Shown here in pieces: positions 36,511 through 43,550 of a DNA stretch of 49,078 nucleotides (positions within the stretch are counted from its first letter, which is position 1; every line of letters begins with the position of its first letter). The translations under genes were made by a program, and so were the position numbers. The DNA is from a virus: positions 1-49,078 of the IMG/VR virus record IMGVR_UViG_3300003541_000001. One strand, 5' to 3'. The notes under the pieces were generated by a model. That model had not been told where the DNA came from. It worked only from the letters and a program-made list of their open reading frames with translations, and made no database searches.

Positions 36511-39092
36511 GTTTTGTAATTACACATACCAATCCTAAAATATTTACTATCGCCCCAGTGACAGGGGCGCCTAATGGTGTCTGTTCATCGTTGGTTGCTG
36601 TTCCTTATTCCGGTACTCAGATACTACTGACGTGGGCAAATGGTTCAACTAATGAAACCTCAATAAGTATTCAGTGTGCGCCTTTAGGTGGTACTTACTC
36701 AAATGTTCATAAAACTATAGGGGGAGTAACTTCTTATTTAGTTGATGGACTGACTATCGGAACAAAATACTATTTCAAGGTAAGGCCATTTAGAGGAAAT
36801 TCGGCAGGCAACTATTCAAATATAGCAAGTGCGACAACTTATTGTAATGAATGTATTAATTATGTTACAAGAGTTACCGCCGATGGAGGGACTGTATTGT
36901 CCGGTGCTGATGGTTCTTATGGTTATCTGAATGAGAAAATAATAAGATTTAAAACTAATGGTTTTTATACTTCTGCTTCTATACTAACAATCCCTTCGGG
37001 AATAAAGAGCGGAAAGATATATTCTATATTACCTATTGATGGTTCGGGCGATTGGGTATTTTCAAGAGCTTCGAGTAAATGGTTGGAAGATTCTACCGGT
37101 GTATTTACAGAAAGAGTTACCAATATGCCGGGGTTAAGATGGAATGGGACAGAATATGAATTTATTTCAGAACCGGCGGTTTCAAATCTATTTACAAATC
37201 CGTCAGCACCAGTAACTCAAGATATCGTAGTTAATAGTTCAGAGACCTATGGAATTAGTTGTAAAGGAACCGGAACCGTTTATTTAACAGGAGCATTAAC
37301 AGCAGTCGTTACTGAATTAACACCTTATGTTGGCACGTCTTCAGGAACTTCGCTTCATGTTTCTTGTACGGGTACACTTACTCATGTCCAGGTTGAAAAT
37401 TCAGGGGGCTTTATAAGTTCACCTATTTACGGCGGGGCGGGGGTTCATTCAAGACAGAAAGATGTTGCAAACTTAACCTCTATTACTTCTCTGATCGGAC
37501 AAACAGAAGGTACTCCTTATGTTGAACTTTCAAATAGGCAAACTAATCCATCTCCTGCCGGTGTTGTATTATCCTTAAACGATGGTACTACTAATAATAG
37601 ACTGGATATAGTATTAAACAAAGACACTAATGGGTATCGTTATGGGTTAACTATGGTCAATGGAGGAGGAACGCAGATTGGTTTTGATGGTCAATATCTT
37701 TCTACCTTAGCCAGTACATTAAGAATGGGGGTTGGATATAAGATTAACGATTCGTCTTTTTATATTAATGGGATATGCCAGGGGACAGATACTGTTTGCA
37801 CTATCCCTGCAATGAGTGAAGCAGATTTAGGCTGTAGGCTTGCAAGTGCTCAATTCTGCGATGGTTTAACTGTTTATGGTCTTTCTAAAACAAGACTTAC
37901 AGATGCTCAATTACAAGTATTGACCAACAACCCACCGACAGCAGGAGTAAATGATATTTCTGCTCAATGTGTTGTTAATGCAAATTATAATATCTCATTC
38001 AGTCTTAAAGGTAAATCAGGTGATCCACAGGTTATAATTAACTGGGGAGATGAACATACTTCTACTTTAACAATGGATGGAGCTTCTCATACTCTTTCAC
38101 ATACCTACACAAAAGATGGCACTTATAATACCCTGATAACAAACACCACTTCACTTCTTGAAATAGACATGACCACCACCGGGAATAATCCTTCTTTTGG
38201 TGCTGATGTTTCGGTGTTTAATGTCTGTACTCAACTTGAAAAGATAATCCTCACTGCATCAAAATTCGATCATGGTGACGTTGACGGATGGCCTCAGACA
38301 TTAAAAGAAGTAGATATAAGTGATATTGTAGAAACAGGTTCTCAGGTAGGGGGGACAATGTACCTGCCAAATCTTGAATTATTATTAATATTTGGAAGGA
38401 ATACAATAGCCGGGAATATTGCACTTCATACAAAATTAATAAGAGTGTTTCTATCAGGATATTGTACTTTTGGGGGCGATATAACCCCATGTACAGCAAT
38501 GGTTCAGATGGAGAAAGGCGGATTGCCCTGGTTGAATACATCATATTTATTTGGGACTATTGCCCCCTCAACTAATTTTATCTGCGTAAATGCCCCCAAT
38601 AAATTAGGGGGAGATATAACTGCAAATAATTTCAAGTATTTAAGTCTTGCTGATGATAATGAAGCGTACGGCGATGTAAGCGGGTGGACAAATACATATT
38701 ATCTTGGCCACAATGGGATACACCTATTAACCGGGACACTATCTCAGATGACAAGACTCCAATATTATAACGGTGGTGATGCTTTTACCAAGTTGACGAG
38801 AGTGAATAATATGCATCAACTCTGTAATTTTCATATGCTTGCCTCGTGGTTATATTCAAGTGCAGAAATTAATCAGATCCTTGCTGACTTTAGAGCGAAT
38901 GAGGATTATCCGAAGGTTGATCCTATTGATGGTTTTGAATACGGAAAGAATATGAGGTATATCTATTTAGATGGTTATGGTTCGGAACCAGCAACGGGAC
39001 AGGGAGGACTTGATCTAAATCATTTACGATCATATCATTCTCCTAACGATGATCCCCAGTATGATGTGTGGACAATTTACACTAATTTATAA
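36507..39092 (+). CDS. Multi-domain receptor-binding tail fibre or spike (FN3, lectin-like, PKD, LRR-like)
   Basis: FN3-like LLTWANGSTNETSISIQ...YYFKVRPF, PKD-like INWGDEH...HTYTKDGTYN, and a C-terminal repetitive Leu-rich segment. Confidence 0.65.
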   Translation: MSFVITHTNPKIFTIAPVTGAPNGVCSSLVAVPYSGTQILLTWANGSTNETSISIQCAPLGGTYSNVHKTIGGVTSYLVDGLTIGTKYYFKVRPFRGNSAGNYSNIASATTYCNECINYVTRVTADGGTVLSGADGSYGYLNEKIIRFKTNGFYTSASILTIPSGIKSGKIYSILPIDGSGDWVFSRASSKWLEDSTGVFTERVTNMPGLRWNGTEYEFISEPAVSNLFTNPSAPVTQDIVVNSSETYGISCKGTGTVYLTGALTAVVTELTPYVGTSSGTSLHVSCTGTLTHVQVENSGGFISSPIYGGAGVHSRQKDVANLTSITSLIGQTEGTPYVELSNRQTNPSPAGVVLSLNDGTTNNRLDIVLNKDTNGYRYGLTMVNGGGTQIGFDGQYLSTLASTLRMGVGYKINDSSFYINGICQGTDTVCTIPAMSEADLGCRLASAQFCDGLTVYGLSKTRLTDAQLQVLTNNPPTAGVNDISAQCVVNANYNISFSLKGKSGDPQVIINWGDEHTSTLTMDGASHTLSHTYTKDGTYNTLITNTTSLLEIDMTTTGNNPSFGADVSVFNVCTQLEKIILTASKFDHGDVDGWPQTLKEVDISDIVETGSQVGGTMYLPNLELLLIFGRNTIAGNIALHTKLIRVFLSGYCTFGGDITPCTAMVQMEKGGLPWLNTSYLFGTIAPSTNFICVNAPNKLGGDITANNFKYLSLADDNEAYGDVSGWTNTYYLGHNGIHLLTGTLSQMTRLQYYNGGDAFTKLTRVNNMHQLCNFHMLASWLYSSAEINQILADFRANEDYPKVDPIDGFEYGKNMRYIYLDGYGSEPATGQGGLDLNHLRSYHSPNDDPQYDVWTIYTNL

Positions 39093-39112
39093 GATACTTA
39101 CAAATTAAAAAT

Positions 39113-39682
39113 ATGAAAAAACTATTATTCCTTTTAATCTCGGTATTTCTGCTTAGTGGATGTACTTGTGTTCTCTCTCAGGTGGTACCGCAAAAGATTT
39201 ATGCAACGGCGACAAGTTGTTCAGCTCCACTGCCTGATTACTGGACAAAGATAACAGCCTCGGATAACTGCGAGATAGCTAATAAGACACAAACACCAGC
39301 TGCAGGGTATATGCTTACCCCTACAAACAAGGTAACGACAGTAATAATGAAAGCAACGGACGCATCAGGTAACTTCAAACAAGTCTCATTTACCGTTACG
39401 CTACTTGACACTATTAAGCCAAAACTAACTATCGACCCTTCATTATTGGCCTATCAGGTTGAGCAGATCAATGATATTTATACCTTTGCCGACAACCTTG
39501 TATTGCAAAAATATTATAATCTGATGCAGCAGTCATGGATTGACTCTATTCCGGGATTGAGATTAAAACTGAATGAAGATCAGAATAGAAAATTATTAGT
39601 TGTAACTTCGGAATTAAAACCAGACGGAAGCAGGTATCGTTACGTTTTGCCTGCTGACTCGGTTGGATTGTTTTATAAATAA
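39113..39682 (+). CDS. Lipoprotein with an HYR/Ig-like domain
   Basis: MKKLLFLLISVFLLSGC lipobox. ASDNCEI...ATDASGNFKQVSFTVTLLDTIKP resembles a HYR domain. Confidence 0.55.
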   Translation: MKKLLFLLISVFLLSGCTCVLSQVVPQKIYATATSCSAPLPDYWTKITASDNCEIANKTQTPAAGYMLTPTNKVTTVIMKATDASGNFKQVSFTVTLLDTIKPKLTIDPSLLAYQVEQINDIYTFADNLVLQKYYNLMQQSWIDSIPGLRLKLNEDQNRKLLVVTSELKPDGSRYRYVLPADSVGLFYK

Positions 39683-39797
39683 TAATTAAAATTAAATGCC
39701 ATGTGTCCAGAACCAGTTGACCCGGTTGATCCGGATCCTCCAAAACCACCACCAGATCCCAAACTTGTTAAATCTGTAAAGAAACCGAAGAAGAAAA

Positions 39798-40187
39798 ATG
39801 CTTAAGAAGATAGACTGGATAGAATTTACCGGCGTGGTTATCTGCTTATTGTTTGCGATAGTCATCAGCCTCTATCATATCTCTTTTGAGGGTTATCTCG
39901 GTTTAACGAATAGACAATGGGGTGGAGTGTGGGCCATTGCTGAAAACGGGTTTGCACTCACCCTTATTGTTTTGGGCATCATGTATTTTCAAGGATATCT
40001 AAGGAAGATTTGTTATGTCTTTGTGCCTTATTTTATATTAAAACTTATCTATCATTTCAGTTGTTACTCCGGGATTCATTTGCTGGCGCAAAAATCATGG
40101 GAACGACTCTGGAGTATCGCTTGTGTTATTTTATTTATCGTCGGATTTGCCTATTGTCTAATCATAATTCGTAAACGTCATGCTTGA
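39798..40187 (+). CDS. Multi-pass membrane protein (holin candidate)
   Basis: About four hydrophobic helices; first gene of the lysis-like cassette. Confidence 0.45.
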   Translation: MLKKIDWIEFTGVVICLLFAIVISLYHISFEGYLGLTNRQWGGVWAIAENGFALTLIVLGIMYFQGYLRKICYVFVPYFILKLIYHFSCYSGIHLLAQKSWERLWSIACVILFIVGFAYCLIIIRKRHA

Positions 40188-40479
40188 ATTTTTAAAAAAG
40201 AAGTGGGTGGAGTGGCTTATAAGTGTAGGGCTTGTTATCCTTACTGTTATGCTCACTAACACATTTACCATGAAAAGAGAGGAAAACACTCTTATCAAAC
40301 AAGAACTCAATAAGAAGGCGAGCGTTGAATATGTCGATAAGCAGGACGCAAGTACTAAAGAATACGTAGATAAGGAATGTGACAATACAAAGGAATTAAT
40401 AAAACAGGCAGTTGACCAGCAGACAGAACGCATCAAATCAGTTGACCATAAGTTAGATATATTGTTAGGCAAAAAATGA
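40180..40479 (+). CDS. Membrane-anchored coiled-coil protein
   Basis: N-terminal TM helix WLISVGLVILTVMLT, then charged helical repeats (YVDKQ/YVDKE). Confidence 0.5.
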   Translation: MLEFLKKKWVEWLISVGLVILTVMLTNTFTMKREENTLIKQELNKKASVEYVDKQDASTKEYVDKECDNTKELIKQAVDQQTERIKSVDHKLDILLGKK

Positions 40480-40691
40480 AGGAAATCAGCACAATGATAA
40501 GCAGGGTTATCCTGAAAACACTTTTCATACTTCTTTTTATTTGTGTTGGATTACTTCTCAAGGAAGTTATCAGAGAGGCTAAGTTTCAACGGTATATAAA
40601 GAAGGAGATGAAAATAAATAACGAGAAGGCAGAAATAGGACTTTCGAGAGGTAATTCCGTATCTATTGATTCACTTATAAAAGAAAAATGA
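40476..40691 (+). CDS. Small single-pass membrane protein
   Basis: VILKTLFILLFICVGLLL. Confidence 0.5.
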   Translation: MKEISTMISRVILKTLFILLFICVGLLLKEVIREAKFQRYIKKEMKINNEKAEIGLSRGNSVSIDSLIKEK

Positions 40692-41110
40692 AAAGCATTA
40701 TTTCAAGACGGTATAGACCTAACTCCACTACTGGACGGTGGGTCACTTTCGATCAGGATAATAAGATTCTTGAACTCGCAACTATTGAACTCCCCGACAG
40801 AGGAAATCAACATAACTGCTCATGTATTCCCGAAGGCACTTATACGATAAACAAAGTCACCGACCCAGCAATAGTGAAGGCTCATGGCCGGTGCTTCCAG
40901 GTACAAAATGTCCCCGGTCGGTCGGGTATCTTTATTCACATCGGAAATTATGCTACAGGCGTTAAGGTGGACACAAAGGGATGTATTTTGCCTGGGTTAT
41001 ATTTGTTCGACCTCAATAAAGATGGTGAACTCGATGTTGCTGAAAGTACAAAGGCTATTGAGAAATTATTTGATGTTTTACCTGATGTTTCAACACTAAT
41101 AATAATATAA
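40688..41110 (+). CDS. DUF5675/YkuD-like putative cell-wall hydrolase (endolysin candidate)
   Basis: CIPEGTY, GRSGIFIHIGN and DTKGCILPG form a His...Gly-Cys catalytic-type arrangement like L,D-transpeptidase-fold enzymes. Confidence 0.5.
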   Translation: MKSIISRRYRPNSTTGRWVTFDQDNKILELATIELPDRGNQHNCSCIPEGTYTINKVTDPAIVKAHGRCFQVQNVPGRSGIFIHIGNYATGVKVDTKGCILPGLYLFDLNKDGELDVAESTKAIEKLFDVLPDVSTLIII

Positions 41111-41112
41111 TT

Positions 41113-41319
41113 ATGAAAGTATTAAATTTTATCTGGGAGTATTTAGTCCTTATTGTTAAGGCACTCGGTAAATTTCTGAAGTGGATATTTGCCCCGGAGG
41201 TAACTATCGGAGTCTTGGCCGTTCTTATTTATCTGCACGGTCATCATTTCTGGGCTTTTGTCCTCATAGCGTGGGGGATACTCTTGACTATTAACGAATA
41301 TAAACAAAGCAAATCATGA
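41113..41319 (+). CDS. Small two-TM membrane protein (holin/antiholin candidate)
   Basis: Two hydrophobic helices in 68 aa. Confidence 0.5.
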   Translation: MKVLNFIWEYLVLIVKALGKFLKWIFAPEVTIGVLAVLIYLHGHHFWAFVLIAWGILLTINEYKQSKS

Positions 41320-41549
41320 ACCTCTCTACTGACAATCTCGGAAAGCCCTCAAATAAGAAGGCAAAGGCCGTTGCAGACTTCTTTCTTTACAGCCTGCCGT
41401 TATATTCAACTGCTGTTGCTATTGCGGCAGATAAATTATGGAGTGCTAATACAGCTCTTATCATTACGATAGTGATAAATGTTGTCATAATTACACTTAA
41501 AGGATTGACAAAATTCACCGCCGAGGAGGAACCAATACAGCAACCATGA
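41316..41549 (+). CDS. Small two-TM membrane protein
   Basis: FFLYSLPLYSTAVAIAA and ALIITIVINVVIITL. Confidence 0.5.
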   Translation: MNLSTDNLGKPSNKKAKAVADFFLYSLPLYSTAVAIAADKLWSANTALIITIVINVVIITLKGLTKFTAEEEPIQQP

Positions 41550-42052
41550 AAGCAAAATGGCTGTTTATAGCCCTTTTTAGCCTGATTCTGACCTCTTGCA
41601 TCACCCAACGGAGGTGTAGTATTAAATTCCCTTCTGTTAACGACACGATCAAAATAACAACGGTCAAGGATTCGATAGTAATTAGGGACACTACAATATT
41701 TATAAAGATACCTGGTGAGAAGGTCACTGACTCTATTTCGATCCCTTGTCCTGAAGTTCATAATTACATCCCTAAAAAGGTTTGTGCCGAGACTCAACTT
41801 GCTTCAGCGTGTGCATGGTGGCAATATCCTGTTATTAAATTAGAGTTAATGCAAAAAGATACGACCATAGTAAAGAGGCTTAACAGAGCTTTGAAAGAGT
41901 CATATTACTGGCGGACACTTTACGAGAAGGTTCATATAACTCCGGCCCCGGTTAAATACGTTCCGGGATTCTATAAGGGATGCCTTTGGATATTGATAGG
42001 GGAAATATTGGTCATCGCTTTATTTATCGCTTTCAAGAAATTCATAAAATAG
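41546..42052 (+). CDS. Unimolecular spanin candidate (N-terminal lipoprotein signal plus C-terminal TM anchor)
   Basis: MKAKWLFIALFSLILTSC lipobox and C-terminal LWILIGEILVIALFIAF, at the end of the lysis cassette. Confidence 0.55.
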   Translation: MKAKWLFIALFSLILTSCITQRRCSIKFPSVNDTIKITTVKDSIVIRDTTIFIKIPGEKVTDSISIPCPEVHNYIPKKVCAETQLASACAWWQYPVIKLELMQKDTTIVKRLNRALKESYYWRTLYEKVHITPAPVKYVPGFYKGCLWILIGEILVIALFIAFKKFIK

Positions 42053-42075
42053 GTTTTCGTTTCATAGTTTTGGTT

Positions 42076-42105
42076 CCCCGGCGTACGAGTTGCGCTGGGG
42101 TTTTT
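42076..42105 (+). terminator. Rho-independent terminator closing the late/lysis operon
   Basis: CCCCGGCG (42076..42083) pairs with CGCTGGGG (42093..42100), then TTTTT. Confidence 0.7.
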
Positions 42106-42113
42106 AAAACAAA

Positions 42114-42145
42114 TTTGCATAGTAAATAAATAGGTTTTAAATTTG
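42114..42145 (+). promoter_or_regulatory. Bacteroidota-type promoter (TTTG-N20-TAAATTTG), copy 1 of a duplicated 37-bp promoter
   Basis: TTTG at 42114..42117 and TAAATTTG at 42138..42145. 36 of 37 nt are identical to 42510..42546. Confidence 0.65.
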
Positions 42146-42149
42146 CCAT

Positions 42150-42210
42150 AGTTCGTTGAAGTTATTAGGCGGTATCACTGAACCCGGGTTCGACTCCCGG
42201 CATCTCCACA
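42150..42210 (+). ncRNA. ssrA: tmRNA acceptor piece (P2 3' strand, T-arm, 3' acceptor strand)
   Basis: GTATCACT at 42172..42179, T-arm at 42184..42200, CATCTCC at 42201..42207, A at 42208. CCA is not fully encoded (CAA). Confidence 0.55.
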
Positions 42211-42327
42211 ATCGCCTTGATTCGTTAACCCGTCACGTTAGTACGGTTTTAGTGATTCTTTGCAGGCTGTAAAAGCCGATATACAAGTAGCGCTTAAATT
42301 GTATATTGATGCCGGAAGAATCATTCG

Positions 42328-42440
42328 GGGGATGACTGGTTTTGACAGGATACATGGCAGTAATGGAGAACTAAAGCCTCAAACGGCAAAACAATAAATC
42401 TGTTCGAAAGAACACAGCTAAAGGCAGTAGCCTAGCGACT
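42328..42440 (+). ncRNA. ssrA: tmRNA coding piece (5' acceptor strand, D-loop analogue, P2 5' strand, tag reading frame)
   Basis: GGGGATG at 42328..42334, ACTGGTTTTGAC, AGGATAC at 42347..42353. The open frame GCC(42376)/GGC(42385)...GCA GTA GCC TAG(42433..42435) encodes (ASN)GKTINLFERTQLKAVA. Confidence 0.55.
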
Positions 42441-42471
42441 AAACCCGGTGAAGATAGTAACCGGGTTTTTT
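42441..42471 (+). terminator. Rho-independent terminator of the tmRNA transcript
   Basis: AAACCCGG (42441..42448) pairs with CCGGGTTT (42461..42468), and the T-run extends to 42471. Confidence 0.7.
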
Positions 42472-42512
42472 ATTGTTCACAAAAGAAAGAGCTAAAAATA
42501 ATTGAAAATAAA

Positions 42513-42544
42513 TTTGCATGGTAAATAAATAGGTTTTAAATTTG
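42513..42544 (+). promoter_or_regulatory. Bacteroidota-type promoter, copy 2 of the duplicated 37-bp promoter
   Basis: TTTG at 42513..42516 and TAAATTTG at 42537..42544, with the same N20 spacing as copy 1. Confidence 0.65.
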
Positions 42545-42624
42545 CCTTGCTATTGATGTAACGAACATTAAAACAATTTAAAAAGGAGGTAACGATGCGA
42601 ATGTGAAACTAAAACAATCGCAAA

Positions 42625-42768
42625 ATGCCAAAGAAAAAAGATGGCAAGGGCAAAGGGACTAAAAAATATGGTCGCAATAAACGCCCTGTAAACTCCGCCA
42701 TGAGTGCTTATGTCAGAGGGAAAATGACCTTTGAGAGCTACCAGAAACAAAACAAAGCCTCCAAATAG
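42625..42768 (+). CDS. 47-aa lysine-rich basic protein (not in the ORF track)
   Basis: My translation is MPKKKDGKGKGTKKYGRNKRPVNSAMSAYVRGKMTFESYQKQNKASK. It has its own promoter upstream and a terminator overlapping the stop. Confidence 0.5.
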   Translation: MPKKKDGKGKGTKKYGRNKRPVNSAMSAYVRGKMTFESYQKQNKASK

Positions 42769-42783
42769 GGGGCTTTATTTATT
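42754..42783 (+). terminator. Rho-independent terminator after the small basic ORF
   Basis: AAAGCCTCC (42754..42762) pairs with GGGGGCTTT (42768..42776), followed by ATTTATT. Confidence 0.55.
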
Positions 42784-42829
42784 CCCTTACTCCCTCCCCG
42801 GATTGATTACATCGAATCCTAATATCATT

Positions 42830-42848
42830 ATTTAGAACATTTCTAAAT
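42830..42848. promoter_or_regulatory. Inverted repeat (operator-like) ATTTAGAA-CAT-TTCTAAAT
   Basis: Perfect 8-bp arms upstream of a TAAATTTG box at 42904..42911. Confidence 0.35.
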
Positions 42849-42914
42849 TACACAAATTCAGCAGAATATGACAAAAGTCATGTTTTTGAATGAAATTAAG
42901 GTTTAAATTTGCTT

Positions 42915-43082
42915 ATGATATTTTTGAAAGTAGATAAAAAACTGATTCAATTAACGCCGGACAATGAACCGGAAGTAAAAGAATATCTGAATCGGTTTAA
43001 TAAAGATAAGGAGATTGAAATTTGTCACTTTGAATATTCAGAGAAAATAAAAATAGGAGATTTATTCGATTATGAAAAATAA
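42915..43082 (+). CDS. Hypothetical 55-aa protein (not in the ORF track)
   Basis: My translation starts MIFLKVDKKLIQLTPDNEPEVKEYLNRFNKDKE... It begins 4 nt after the -7 box and overlaps the next start. Confidence 0.35.
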   Translation: MIFLKVDKKLIQLTPDNEPEVKEYLNRFNKDKEIEICHFEYSEKIKIGDLFDYEK

Positions 43083-43431
43083 AATATTATTTGAAGGCAT
43101 AGAATTTACTTTGCCGAATGAAGTAGAGAGGACAGATCGTTTTCTTGGTATCACATCTCGGGATATTAAAAACGGGACAATTAAAAGACAGTCATGCGAA
43201 ATTTGTGGTAAAGAAAAGACCGATGGTCATCATGAAATTTATTCAGATTCAAATTATAAAATTAGGTGGTTGTGCCATAAACATCATATCCAACTTCATG
43301 CAGTGTTTAACAGAATAAACGGTGTCTATGAGAAAAGGAAACAAGAATACAAAGAATTAATTGCAGAATTTAACAATTCTCGGATAGGGTTAAAATTCGA
43401 GCAGAAGGAAATTGAAATCTCAAAAGAGTAA
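43072..43431 (+). CDS. Small HNH endonuclease
   Basis: CEICGKEKTDGHHEIYSDSNYKIRWLCHKHHIQLH. Confidence 0.65.
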   Translation: MKNKILFEGIEFTLPNEVERTDRFLGITSRDIKNGTIKRQSCEICGKEKTDGHHEIYSDSNYKIRWLCHKHHIQLHAVFNRINGVYEKRKQEYKELIAEFNNSRIGLKFEQKEIEISKE

Positions 43432-43550
43432 CTATGAAAGTCTATTATCTTGAAGATTCGGCGTTCGACGCTTTCGAGGTCGGGAATTACATTGCTCCGG
43501 CTCACTTGTTTTTACTTGAATGTTTTTGTTTGAACTAATAAAATAAAGCT

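Larger units (their letters stand above)
42150..42471 (+). ncRNA. ssrA: Circularly permuted (two-piece) tmRNA precursor
   Basis: The tmRNA 3' end (T-arm CCGGG-TTCGACT-CCCGG, acceptor CATCTCC, discriminator A; 42184..42208) lies upstream of the tmRNA 5' end (GGGGATG-ACTGGTTTTGAC at 42328..42346). The halves form a 7-bp acceptor stem with G3.U70 plus a 7-bp P2-like helix. A tag-like ORF and a terminator follow. Confidence 0.6.

Noticed and set aside
36507-39092. A diversity-generating retroelement targeting the tail fibre.
   Set aside because: No reverse-transcriptase motifs appear in any ORF, and I did not see a template/variable repeat pair near the fibre genes.
42172-42210. The tmRNA 3' fragment read as a phage attP for integration into host ssrA.
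   Set aside because: I recognise no integrase in the genome. The matching 5' acceptor strand and D-loop analogue lie 120 nt downstream, with G3.U70 and P2 complementarity, a dedicated promoter and a terminator. An attP core would not explain these.
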